Shown here: piece after piece, positions 25,804 through 34,837 of the stretch
How the letters are laid out: each line of letters opens with the position of its first letter
Position numbering within the stretch: position 1 is the stretch's first letter
Assembly: GCA_036826635.1 (NCBI GenBank)
Contig: DAISVY010000008.1
Span: 64,292-128,291, forward strand
DNA length: 64,000 nt
Origin: Candidatus Zixiibacteriota bacterium
GTDB lineage: Bacteria > Zixibacteria > MSB-5A5 > GN15 > FEB-12
Direction of reading: 5' to 3'
The notes under the pieces: generated by a model
Database searches by the model: none
The model's input: the letters and a program-made list of their open reading frames with translations, nothing else
What the model was told of the DNA's origin: nothing
Position numbers and translations under genes: made by a program

Positions 25804-27716
25804 CAGGAATCCCCCTCGATTTTCCTCAGAGCCATTCTGGCGGCATCGGCCAAGTCCTGGTTGCGGCTGTCTGTCAGCCTGCTGAGCTGAGAGATTGCCT
25901 GGTTACTGCCGATTTGAGACAGCGCCTTGGCGGCTGCTATCTTGATGATATCCATCTCGTCCTCAAGGTACGGGATGATATATTCGGCATACCCCGGTTC
26001 GGCCAGTTCGGCAATAGATACAATCGTATGATATTTCACCCACACGTCTTCATCGTCCAGCAGGAACCGAATATCGGGAACGGCTTTCTTGCCCTTGAGC
26101 GTAATGAGAGCACTGACAGCAGCCTTGCGAACGGCGCTGTCCTCGTCGTTGAGAGCCGTTATTATCGATTCCGTGCTGTCCACCTGACCGATTCTGGCCA
26201 GGGAAGCCACGGCCGATTTGCGTACTCCCGAATCGGGATGATTGACCGCTTTAATCAGCGGCTCCACCACGTCCTGCTCGCCGATCCAGCCAAGAGCGGT
26301 CACGGCCAGCCGTTGTCTCTCGGCATCATCGTGGTAAAGGTCCGACGTAAACTTGGCGACCACTTTGGGACCACCTATAATAATCATGGCCCCGACCGCC
26401 GCCTCGCGGACGTCGGCATATTTGTCGTCGAGACCCGTGGCGACAAAGTCGACTTCATCGTCGGTACACAACCAGCCCAGCGCCGAGAAAGCAGCCGCAC
26501 GAACGTGCCCGTTGGCATCCTCGGCCAGTCGCTTGAGATCTTCCACGGCCGGCGTATATCCCGAAATACCCAGTATATGTGCAACCTTCTGACGAATTTC
26601 GGGATCATCATCGTGAACGTACGGCAATATGTCGGGGGCGACTTTGTCATCGACCAACAATTTCATCACGTCCAGCAGCTTGAGCTTGAGACCTTTGGAA
26701 GCCTGAGGAATCTTCTTTATGATCGCTCCGGCCGCACCGTAGCCGACTTCGCCGAGTATCTCGGTGATACTTTGCAAACGATCGTCATCGACATAATCTA
26801 TAACCTCAAGCAAACCGTTGATAACTTCGCTGCCGTACCAATGCTTCAAATGCGAAAGAGTGAACTCCGTAATAGCCTCGTTGCGATTCTTGATGCCATC
26901 GAAGAGAAACCCGGTGTACCTCTCGAGGGGAATGTCCACGCCAACGCTACCACCGTGCTTTCGGCTTATATCGATGATGGCCGTCATGGCAACTTCACCA
27001 GCCGTACGTTCGGACCCGTCGAGGAATTCGGCCAGATGTGAAATCGACTCCTTTTGGCCGATCTTGCCTATTGCCTCAATAACGATATAGGTCGTAATCG
27101 GATCTTCATTACCCAGGTAACGATAGAGATGTCCCAGAGCCGCAGGATCACCGATCTTACCCAGCGCTTCTATGGCCGGCAGCCGGGCATCTTCGATCCT
27201 TTCGGCAACAGCGATCAGGTCTCCCACAGCGCGGTGCGAGCCTATCTCCCCCAGCGCCTCGGCAGCCGAGCAAACGACGTTGGCATTTTCATCCCAGAGC
27301 CGTTGAAGCAAAGGTTCCACGGCCTCCCCATCACGGATAAGACCGAGAACATCGCATATGAACTTGCGCACGTCGTGATCGTCGTTGTCCAGATTCTCGA
27401 TAAGAGAAGACACCGCCCCGGAACCAATCCTCACCAGAATCTCCGAGGCCAGGTTACGCGTACCGATGTCATCATTGGCAAGGAAACGAATCAATAGCTG
27501 AGCCGCCGTGGCTCCCTTGATACGCGCCAGGTGATCCGCGGCAAGCTCTCGAATGCCCAGATCGGGATCTTCCATAGCGATGACCAGCCCGGCAACCGCT
27601 TCATCCTCGGAATACGTCCCGAGTTCTTTGACGGCTTCCTCACGTTCGAAAAAATCAGGCGACTGCAGCTTGGCCAGCAAGTCCCCGATTTGCTCTTCCA
27701 CTGTGTTCATAACCAT
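25803..27716 (-). CDS. HEAT-repeat (PBS-lyase-type) protein, 637 aa
   Basis: Many tandem repeats of about 31 aa with the pattern D.D..VR..A..ALG.IG (e.g. DPDLGIRELAADHLARI, DHDVRKFICDVLGLI, DSGVRKSAVASLARIG, DSAVRKAAVSALITL). No TM segment or signal peptide. Confidence 0.8.
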   Translation of the reverse strand: MVMNTVEEQIGDLLAKLQSPDFFEREEAVKELGTYSEDEAVAGLVIAMEDPDLGIRELAADHLARIKGATAAQLLIRFLANDDIGTRNLASEILVRIGSGAVSSLIENLDNDDHDVRKFICDVLGLIRDGEAVEPLLQRLWDENANVVCSAAEALGEIGSHRAVGDLIAVAERIEDARLPAIEALGKIGDPAALGHLYRYLGNEDPITTYIVIEAIGKIGQKESISHLAEFLDGSERTAGEVAMTAIIDISRKHGGSVGVDIPLERYTGFLFDGIKNRNEAITEFTLSHLKHWYGSEVINGLLEVIDYVDDDRLQSITEILGEVGYGAAGAIIKKIPQASKGLKLKLLDVMKLLVDDKVAPDILPYVHDDDPEIRQKVAHILGISGYTPAVEDLKRLAEDANGHVRAAAFSALGWLCTDDEVDFVATGLDDKYADVREAAVGAMIIIGGPKVVAKFTSDLYHDDAERQRLAVTALGWIGEQDVVEPLIKAVNHPDSGVRKSAVASLARIGQVDSTESIITALNDEDSAVRKAAVSALITLKGKKAVPDIRFLLDDEDVWVKYHTIVSIAELAEPGYAEYIIPYLEDEMDIIKIAAAKALSQIGSNQAISQLSRLTDSRNQDLADAARMALRKIEGDS

Positions 27717-27743
27717 TCACCCATCCTTTGCAGCTCATTGATC

Positions 27744-28094
27744 CTAATTGGCCGGCACGGATTGGAATGACTGCACTGCCTCTTCCTCGGTAGAGTAAAT
27801 CTCGAAGATGTGAGACAGTTGGGTAATCTCGAAAATCTCCTGGACATAACTGGCCAGATTGGAAAGCGTCAGGCGACCTTTAAGCAGCCGAATTTCTTTC
27901 ATGATCGACACCAACGCTCCCAGACCGGAACTGTTGATAAACTCAACCTCTGACAGATTGAGATGTATCAAGGTTATATTCTTGTCGAACTGTTCCTTGA
28001 GATGCTGCTTGAGCGTGGCCCCGCTGACCAGATCAAGACGACCGCTCAACGAAAGAACGGCAACATTCCCCTCTTCCCTCATTGTAACGTCCAT
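27744..28094 (-). CDS. STAS-domain anti-sigma-factor antagonist (RsbV/SpoIIAA-like)
   Basis: 116 aa; LSGRLDLVSG...NLSEVEFINSSGLGALV includes the phosphorylatable Ser context. Confidence 0.85.
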   Translation of the reverse strand: MDVTMREEGNVAVLSLSGRLDLVSGATLKQHLKEQFDKNITLIHLNLSEVEFINSSGLGALVSIMKEIRLLKGRLTLSNLASYVQEIFEITQLSHIFEIYSTEEEAVQSFQSVPAN

Positions 28095-28112
28095 AATCTC
28101 CTCCGAAGAATG

Positions 28113-28538
28113 TTATCTTTCGAATATCTCCGTTTTCTTTTCTTTCTCAAACGACAGGGAAACCCGCAGCCCTCCATCTGCACATTCCGAGAACTCGGTT
28201 GATACCGCGAGCAAGCGCATGAGTCCGATCCCCCGACCTCTTTCGGCCGAAGGCCCCACCGGGCGATGAGCCCGGATTTGTGCCAACCCACCATTTCCCT
28301 GATCCGTTATATCGGCACGAATCTCGCATTCGTTTACTTCCAGTTCCAGGTGAATCAACTTTTCGGGATTGCAACCATTGCCATGGACCAGAGCATTGGT
28401 AAACGCCTCTGATATGGCTACCGTAACTTTCCACAGGAGCTTCTGCGGAACCCCATGCTGCTCCATGAGTTCAATTGCCTCATCCAACATGCGGTTGGGG
28501 GCATCAAGCGTTGACGAATAACTCCGGTGATATATCAC
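28113..28538 (-). CDS. RsbW/SpoIIAB-like serine kinase anti-sigma factor
   Basis: 141 aa HATPase_c-type; AISEAFTNALVHG N-box and ERGRGIGLM G-box. Confidence 0.8.
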   Translation of the reverse strand: MIYHRSYSSTLDAPNRMLDEAIELMEQHGVPQKLLWKVTVAISEAFTNALVHGNGCNPEKLIHLELEVNECEIRADITDQGNGGLAQIRAHRPVGPSAERGRGIGLMRLLAVSTEFSECADGGLRVSLSFEKEKKTEIFER

Positions 28539-28543
28539 GGTTC

Positions 28544-29830
28544 TTAATCCACCCTGACCTGAACAATAGTGAAATCATCCTGGCTGTCTTCAGGAGCACC
28601 ATCGGTGAAACGATCCACCCAATCTTTAACCCTCAAACAGAAGTCCTCGGGATTCATACCAATTTCCGCGGAAAAGACCTGCTCGGCCCGTTCCCGCCCG
28701 AAAAGATTACCCTCTATATCGCGAGCCTCGGTCAAACCGTCGGTAAACAGAAACAACCGATCCCGGCTGGAAAAAGCGCGCTCCCCGAGACTATATGAAG
28801 TGCCCTCGAACTGGCCCAGAATAGGCCCGCCCTCGGACAGTTCCTCAATACGACCTTCACGATTATCCCAAAAAAGGCCCGGCATATGGCCCGCGTTGCA
28901 ATAAGTAAGTTTACGAGTGGCCAAATCGAACTTGCAGAAGAACAGGGTAACAAACATCTCTCTTTTCTTGATTATCTTAGCCGCCATCAGGTCGTTAACC
29001 CGTTCAGCCAGCGCGGACATACTGATAGTGGGATTGCTCGTCAGGATCGACTTGATAACAGCCGAACAGGCCGACATGATCAGCGCGGCCGGTACGCCTT
29101 TGTTGGAGACATCCCCGATAATGACGATAAAACGACGTTCATCGATTTTGAGAATATCATAGAAATCGCCACCCACTTCGCGAGCCGGGAAATACACCGC
29201 TCCGATACTGGCGCCGAAGATATCCCCCACATCACCCGGCAGAATCGTTTCCTGAATCTGCTTGGCGATGGCCATTTCCTGGCCGACTTTCTGCTGCTTT
29301 AGCTTGTCTTTAATAAGGGTAGAGTTTTCTACCGCGACCGCGACAAAGCTCAGAAGCATCTCAAGGATATCCCTATCCTCATCCGTGTAGTTACCCCCGC
29401 CAGCCTTATTGATAACGATCATTACGCCGAGACATCTCTGCCGGGCATGGATCGGGGCAGCGATAACCGTATCCAGAACGATACCTTCGGATTTCAGATC
29501 CAGATCAGACAGGAGGATCATCTGATCGCGCTTGAAGCAATAGCTGGCCAGATCCAGACCATCCTCATACATCAGCGAGCGGACAAAAGAATCGGAAACT
29601 CCCCAGGCTACCCTGGGCTTGAGTTCCCCGTCTTCTTCGATAAGTATAACCCCCACTTCGCCATCGACCAGCCGAAGGGCCATGTCCATCGTAACGGACA
29701 AAACGGCATCAATTTCAAGGAATGCCGTAATAACCGCCCCCATGGTGGCGAGGTCGCGGACCTGGGCTCGCTGAGCCGCGAGTTTGGCCTCGAGCTTCTC
29801 GACCGTAGTTGTCTGTTCCACCGACGCCAT
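28544..29830 (-). CDS. GAF-domain PP2C (SpoIIE/RsbU-type) serine phosphatase
   Basis: 428 aa; N-terminal GAF-like region and C-terminal FYDI...IGDVSNKGVPAALIMS...LFTDGLTEA, the PP2C SpoIIE signature. Confidence 0.85.
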   Translation of the reverse strand: MASVEQTTTVEKLEAKLAAQRAQVRDLATMGAVITAFLEIDAVLSVTMDMALRLVDGEVGVILIEEDGELKPRVAWGVSDSFVRSLMYEDGLDLASYCFKRDQMILLSDLDLKSEGIVLDTVIAAPIHARQRCLGVMIVINKAGGGNYTDEDRDILEMLLSFVAVAVENSTLIKDKLKQQKVGQEMAIAKQIQETILPGDVGDIFGASIGAVYFPAREVGGDFYDILKIDERRFIVIIGDVSNKGVPAALIMSACSAVIKSILTSNPTISMSALAERVNDLMAAKIIKKREMFVTLFFCKFDLATRKLTYCNAGHMPGLFWDNREGRIEELSEGGPILGQFEGTSYSLGERAFSSRDRLFLFTDGLTEARDIEGNLFGRERAEQVFSAEIGMNPEDFCLRVKDWVDRFTDGAPEDSQDDFTIVQVRVD

Positions 29831-29838
29831 CGGTCAAT

Positions 29839-29876
29839 ATATCGGCAGATCGACTTTACAATTGACGAATTAGCCG
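29839..29876 (-). promoter_or_regulatory. sigma-28-type -10 element immediately upstream of the GAF-PP2C gene
   Basis: Minus strand reads GTCAA-N15-GCCGATAT, then 8 nt, then the ATG at 29830. The -35 match is weak, and the transcript would be leaderless. Confidence 0.3.
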
Positions 29877-29938
29877 GATTTGGAACCCGGTTCGGGAAGA
29901 TAAGCGCCAGAATATCAGACTTTTACGAGAGATATCAG

Positions 29939-29954
29939 AGCAGTTCCAGGGCCA
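29939..29954 (-). promoter_or_regulatory. possible sigma-54 promoter upstream of the GAF-PP2C gene
   Basis: Minus strand reads TGGCCC-TGGAA-CTGCT; GG/GC spacing is correct. It lies about 109 nt upstream of the ATG at 29830. Confidence 0.35.
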
Positions 29955-30001
29955 GCATTCTGAACCAGCCCCGGAACCAAATTCGATTCAAACACTTGAG
30001 G

Positions 30002-30496
30002 TTAATCAGAAACGTCGACATGCACGTTGATCGGTTCTCCGTCCGATTCTAATCGTATTTTGCCATCAGTAGTAGCTATTTTTACCTCTATTTTGTCCGG
30101 CCCTGCTGCTCCCATGTCTTCTTTCTCAAGTATGACCGGGAGTGTTTCGGGCTTGATACCATTCCAGCCGCCTGTTACCGCATCGACCACAACTCCAACC
30201 AAACCCGTAAAGAAAACATCCAGAAAGACATACCCAAACTTTGCGGATGCTTGCAGATGCTTATTGCATGTCTTGTAACCTTCCTTGCTGAAGGTCAGAT
30301 CGTAGCTGTATTTTCTGGACACCTGGATACTTGCCGGGGTCGTATACTCTCCAATCCCCGGTGATGCCTCTATCTGAGCCCCCGATGGAGAACTCTCAAT
30401 TTCTACAATCTGTGTGGAACCTTGAAACATAGTCCCACAACCGACTGTCAACAGCAATAAACCAACCAAAACAAACAGGGACATGAAGCTTCTCAT
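30002..30496 (-). CDS. PEGA-domain lipoprotein
   Basis: MRSFMSLFVLVGLLLLTVGCG lipobox, then IESSPSGAQIE, a PEGA motif. Start taken at the ATG at 30496. Confidence 0.65.
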   Translation of the reverse strand: MRSFMSLFVLVGLLLLTVGCGTMFQGSTQIVEIESSPSGAQIEASPGIGEYTTPASIQVSRKYSYDLTFSKEGYKTCNKHLQASAKFGYVFLDVFFTGLVGVVVDAVTGGWNGIKPETLPVILEKEDMGAAGPDKIEVKIATTDGKIRLESDGEPINVHVDVSD

Positions 30497-30678
30497 ACAT
30501 CCTCCTCCCAAAAGATTTATTGTGATTACTGTACCCGAAAACTACCCCGAGCAGCGAGACTCGGTGAGTTGATTACACACCTCCACCCCTGAATACGTTC
30601 GGCTGTGCTCTCTATGATCGTTGTTCTATTACGTACCAGAAGATATCACTAACGAACCCGAAACAAACTCATGGTGGA

Positions 30679-30707
30679 ATTATATGGCGTTAATTCCATT
30701 GCGTCAA
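30679..30707 (-). promoter_or_regulatory. near-consensus sigma-70 promoter upstream of the PEGA lipoprotein gene
   Basis: Minus strand reads TTGACG-N17-TATAAT. It lies about 176 nt upstream of the ATG at 30496. Confidence 0.6.
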
Positions 30708-30766
30708 GCGAAAATTGAGATATCCCGAGCCACTATTCCGCGTCGCGTAAACCCGCCGGCGAAAAC

Positions 30767-32083
30767 TTACTTGCGGCGGCATTTTATCCGGATGGGCGTA
30801 CCCTCAAAACCGAACGTGGCCCGAAGCTGATTGGTCAGATAGCTAAGGTATGTTTTGTCCACCAGATGCGGACGATTGGTGAAAAACAAAAACGTCGGAG
30901 GAGCAACCTCACTCTGCGTGACGTATTTGAAATGGATATATTTGCCCTGTTTGGCCGGCGGCTTGCGACGAGCGAAAGCCTTTTGCAAAAAATCGTTCAA
31001 TTCCGACGTGGGTATCTGCTTGTGATGCTCGGCATTGACCCGGTCAACAAGCGAAAGAACTTTTTCCACCCGCTGGCCGGTCAGAGCGGAAACAAAAATA
31101 ATGGGAATAAAAGCGTAATGGGCCAGTTGCTCTTTGATGGCAACCGTGAATTTTTCGGCGGTCCCGGTATCTTTAGCCACCAGATCCCATTTGTTTACGG
31201 CCAGCACAGCCGCCCGACGACTCTGAATAACCTGCGTCATGACATGCTGGTCCTGGGCCGTAAAACCATCGGTGGCGTCTATCATAATAATAGCTACCTG
31301 ACAACTCTCGATTGCCCTGGTCACGCGCAGATTGGTATAAAACTCGATATTCTCGCGGACTTTGTACCTGCGCCGCAGCCCGGCCGTATCGATCAAAACA
31401 TATTTCCGGCCTTCCAGCTCAAACGGAGTGTCCACCGCATCCCGGGTTGTCCCGGCTTTGTCCGAAACCACCAGACGCTTCTGGCCCAGTAACGAATTGA
31501 TAAACGACGATTTGCCTACATTCGGCCGCCCTACCAGAGCCACCCGAACCGCCTCGCTCTCGCCTTCGGTTTCTTTCTGCTCGGGCAACCTGTTCACGAT
31601 TTCGTCGAGCAACTCCCCTATCCCCCGTCCGGCCGTGGCGGAAACAGGCACAGGGTCACCCATCCCCAAACGGGTGAAGGCATAGATATCGCTGTCCAGC
31701 AGGTCGTTGTCGGCTTTGTTGGCCACCAGAATAGTAGGTCGGTCGGTCCGATGCAGACTTCGGGCCAGTTTCTCGTCAACCTGGTCCACACCGACCTGAG
31801 TATCCACGAGCAGCAGAATCAGATCGGCCTCCTGCACGGCGAACTGGGACTGATCGAAAATCACGCGCTCCATGGCGTCATGCGAATCGGGCACCATCCC
31901 ACCCGTGTCCACCAGTTGGAACTCGCGACCGTTCCAGTCACAAACGGCGTAGTTGCGATCCCGCGTGACTCCGGAGTCGGGATGCACCACGGCCGCCTTC
32001 CGTTTCAACAGACGATTGAAAAGGGACGATTTCCCCACATTGGGACGTCCGATTATGGCCACCACCGGCAGACTCATACGCAT
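30767..32083 (-). CDS. der: ribosome-associated GTPase Der (EngA)
   Basis: Two G domains (GRPNVGKSSLFN and GRPNVGKSSFIN) plus a KH-like C-terminus. Confidence 0.93.
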   Translation of the reverse strand: MRMSLPVVAIIGRPNVGKSSLFNRLLKRKAAVVHPDSGVTRDRNYAVCDWNGREFQLVDTGGMVPDSHDAMERVIFDQSQFAVQEADLILLLVDTQVGVDQVDEKLARSLHRTDRPTILVANKADNDLLDSDIYAFTRLGMGDPVPVSATAGRGIGELLDEIVNRLPEQKETEGESEAVRVALVGRPNVGKSSFINSLLGQKRLVVSDKAGTTRDAVDTPFELEGRKYVLIDTAGLRRRYKVRENIEFYTNLRVTRAIESCQVAIIMIDATDGFTAQDQHVMTQVIQSRRAAVLAVNKWDLVAKDTGTAEKFTVAIKEQLAHYAFIPIIFVSALTGQRVEKVLSLVDRVNAEHHKQIPTSELNDFLQKAFARRKPPAKQGKYIHFKYVTQSEVAPPTFLFFTNRPHLVDKTYLSYLTNQLRATFGFEGTPIRIKCRRK

Positions 32084-33357
32084 ACTTCCCTGATTGTGTC
32101 GGCCAGGTTATACCGACCGATCACCACCTCTCGACCCAACATATGGCGAAAATCACCAAGAGGCAAATTGTCGAGGAAAAGCTCCTCACTGTTGAGACAA
32201 TTGGGCGGAATCACGAGCTGATCGAATTCCCCTTTGCGGGACTGGGCATACCGCAACAGGTCCTGACCGGTCAAAAGCCCCGAAACAGTCACGCTTTCTC
32301 CCCAAAACCGGTTGGGGATTTCGTCCAGCCGGATATCCAGCCCCAGTTCCTTCTGAAGGTATGGCATAATGCTTTCAGCCAGAAATTCGTGAGCCGAGTG
32401 ACCCGTAACCATGAGAACGCGCCGCCGAGTCTTAAGACCCTTCAGGTGTCGCCGGCGGCGATTGAAACTGCTGATGAAATGCCGGGCCATACCAACACCG
32501 TTTTCGAACTGGGCCATATCCTCGTAACTTCCGAGAGAAGGAAAAGCCCGCCCGGCGATGACATAAAATTCATCGGCCGGCCAGACAAAACGGCTGCCCA
32601 AACGAGGCAACAATTCTTCCTGACAAGATTCCAGATAATCCAACACATCGGCCGCCTCGGCGCGCGTCGGTGTCCTGAGTTGCGGTAACCGCTGCCGATA
32701 CCGGGTCAGCCCTACCGGAACCACGGCCAGTGTCTGAACGCCGGGATAGAGAGCCGCCAGATCATCGACCGTTTTCCGTAAATTATCGCCGTCGTTGATT
32801 CCCGGACACAGAACCACCTGCGCATGGACAGCGATGCCGTGCCCGGTAAGACGACGAAGCAGCGGAAGAACGGCCGGAAGTTTCGGGTTACGGAACATCG
32901 TACGCCGCAACTCATCGTCGGTAGTGTGCACCGAGACATACAGTGGCGAGAGGCGCTGTTCGATTATGCGCTCGATGTCGCCATCATTCAGATTGGATAA
33001 AGTAATAAAATTACCGTGAGTAAAAGAAAGACGATAATCCTCGTCTTTGACATACAGAGCTTTTCGCATTCCCTTTGGTTGTTGCGCCACAAAACAGAAA
33101 ATGCAGTTGTTTTTGCATATCCTGACCTTTCCTTCCTCGAAAGACAAACCCAACTCGCCACAGTCGGGGAAATCGAAAGAAAAAGTCTGCTGCGCGTCCC
33201 CGCGGTCGGCAAAGACCAGCGTTACCTTATCCTCGGCTATCTTGAAGCGGAAATCGATAGAATCAACAACCGGTTGGCCGTTAACGGAAATCAACCGCTG
33301 GCCGGGGCGGACATGGCCGTAGAGCGGAGAAGAAGGATCGACAGCCAGAATTTTCAT
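32074..33357 (-). CDS. PDZ/radical-SAM DUF512-family protein
   Basis: N-terminal PDZ-like region, CKNNCIFC (CxxxCxxC) cluster motif, DUF512-like C-terminus; the common neighbour upstream of der. Start at the ATG at 33357 (MKILAVD). Confidence 0.7.
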   Translation of the reverse strand: MKILAVDPSSPLYGHVRPGQRLISVNGQPVVDSIDFRFKIAEDKVTLVFADRGDAQQTFSFDFPDCGELGLSFEEGKVRICKNNCIFCFVAQQPKGMRKALYVKDEDYRLSFTHGNFITLSNLNDGDIERIIEQRLSPLYVSVHTTDDELRRTMFRNPKLPAVLPLLRRLTGHGIAVHAQVVLCPGINDGDNLRKTVDDLAALYPGVQTLAVVPVGLTRYRQRLPQLRTPTRAEAADVLDYLESCQEELLPRLGSRFVWPADEFYVIAGRAFPSLGSYEDMAQFENGVGMARHFISSFNRRRRHLKGLKTRRRVLMVTGHSAHEFLAESIMPYLQKELGLDIRLDEIPNRFWGESVTVSGLLTGQDLLRYAQSRKGEFDQLVIPPNCLNSEELFLDNLPLGDFRHMLGREVVIGRYNLADTIREVCV

Positions 33358-33391
33358 TGCACATACACCACCCGACACGGCCAACAAAAAA

Positions 33392-33463
33392 AGCGGGCGA
33401 GGAGGATCGAACTCCCGACGTCAAGCTTGGGAAGCTTGCATTCTACCGCTGAATTACGCCCGC
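33392..33463 (-). tRNA. tRNA-Gly (anticodon CCC)
   Basis: Folded by hand from GCGGGCG-TA-ATTC-AGCGGTA-GAAT-G-CAAGC-TTCCCAA-GCTTG-ACGTC-GGGAG-TTCGATC-CTCCT-CGCCCGC-T. Full cloverleaf with a TTCGATC T-loop; no encoded CCA. Confidence 0.9.
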
Positions 33464-33507
33464 TTGAATATCGTTTACCGACAATCTAACCCGGTCGCCC
33501 GATCTTG

Positions 33508-34260
33508 TCAACTGTCATCAGGTTGCCCGCCCCCCGCCTTGCGCTGCACCACTTTCACTACGATAATAGAAACTTCGTACAAAATGTACAAAGGCGCAGC
33601 CAGAAGAACCTGGGTAAATACGTCCGGAGGGGTAATTATAGCGGCCACGACCAGAATCAGCACGATGGCATAACGGCGCCCCTTAGCCAGAAATGGGGCC
33701 GACACGATGCCCATACGACCCAGAAAATAGGCCAGAATAGGCATCTGGAAACCGAACCCGAAGGCCAGCAACAACAGCCCGGCGAAACTGATATAGCTAC
33801 CAATAGTTATGTAATTGATTATCAGATCACCGGCAAAACCGATCAGAAATTTCAGAGCAATCGGCAAAACGACCACAAAACAGAACCCGCCGCCTATCAG
33901 AAAAAGAACAATCGAAGTCAGAATAAGCGGAATAATGGCCCGCTTCTCCCGCTGATACAGCCCCGGGGCGATAAAAGCCCACATCTGGTAAAACACCACC
34001 GGCAGCGCCCCCACCACACCGGAGATCAGCGATATCTTGAGATAGGCGTAAAAGGTCCCGGTCACCTGCAGATTATGCAGAGGAACACCATGAAGCGGAA
34101 CTATGATAAAGGCGAAGATTTCATCGGAAAAGTAAAAAGCGACCGCCGAAGCCACAATTATGGCCAGAAACGATTTGATCAGTCGGCGACGCAATTCCTC
34201 GAGATGTTCCAGGAAGGGCATGCGTGACACCGCCTGCGATTGCTCGTCTGTCTCAGCCAT
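33508..34260 (-). CDS. tatC: twin-arginine translocase subunit TatC
   Basis: 250 aa, six TM segments; MPFLEHLEELRRRLI N-terminal motif. Confidence 0.9.
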   Translation of the reverse strand: MAETDEQSQAVSRMPFLEHLEELRRRLIKSFLAIIVASAVAFYFSDEIFAFIIVPLHGVPLHNLQVTGTFYAYLKISLISGVVGALPVVFYQMWAFIAPGLYQREKRAIIPLILTSIVLFLIGGGFCFVVVLPIALKFLIGFAGDLIINYITIGSYISFAGLLLLAFGFGFQMPILAYFLGRMGIVSAPFLAKGRRYAIVLILVVAAIITPPDVFTQVLLAAPLYILYEVSIIVVKVVQRKAGGGQPDDS

Positions 34261-34333
34261 AGATCGAAAAGTTAGCGGCCGGGGTTTGATAATGTCAAAC
34301 GGAATCTCATTGCGAGCATCAAAGTACCGGAGC

Positions 34334-34783
34334 TTACTCCAGCAGCTTTTTCATTTCCTCCAGGAACTCGGCCTTGTCGGCAAACTTGCGGTAGACCGAG
34401 GCAAACCGAACATAAGCGATCTCATCGACTTCGCGAAGCTTGGCCATGACCATCTCACCGATCTGCTTGCTCTCGACCTCGGCTTTGCCCTGCGCATGCA
34501 ACTGCGCTTCTATGTCGTCGGCCATCGCGGCCATTTCAAAGGATGTCACCGGGCGCTTGTTGCAGGCGAGCTTGATCCCGTGGAGGACTTTGTTACGATC
34601 AAACGGCTCGCAGCGACTGTCGGTTTTGAGAACGGTCAGCGCCTGCTGTTCGACGTACTCGAAAGTAGTGAAGCGTTTACCGCACTTGAGACATTCGCGG
34701 CGACGGCGAACCGCCCGGCCTTCCTGATGCGGTCGGCTGTCGACAACCTTGTCTTCCTCATGTCCGCAATGGGGGCATCTCAC
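34334..34783 (-). CDS. nrdR: transcriptional repressor NrdR
   Basis: MRCPHCGHEEDKVVDSR zinc ribbon plus an ATP-cone. Confidence 0.92.
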   Translation of the reverse strand: MRCPHCGHEEDKVVDSRPHQEGRAVRRRRECLKCGKRFTTFEYVEQQALTVLKTDSRCEPFDRNKVLHGIKLACNKRPVTSFEMAAMADDIEAQLHAQGKAEVESKQIGEMVMAKLREVDEIAYVRFASVYRKFADKAEFLEEMKKLLE

Positions 34784-34837
34784 GATCCATCCCCCCGCCC
34801 GCGGACCATCGACAGGTTGTCCCGACCATCCGTGTTT

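Noticed and set aside
29854-29866. TAAAG inside the spacer upstream of GCCGATAT at the GAF-PP2C gene, as a canonical sigma-28 -35
   Set aside because: It is only 7 nt from the -10, whereas the sigma-28 consensus needs about 15 nt.
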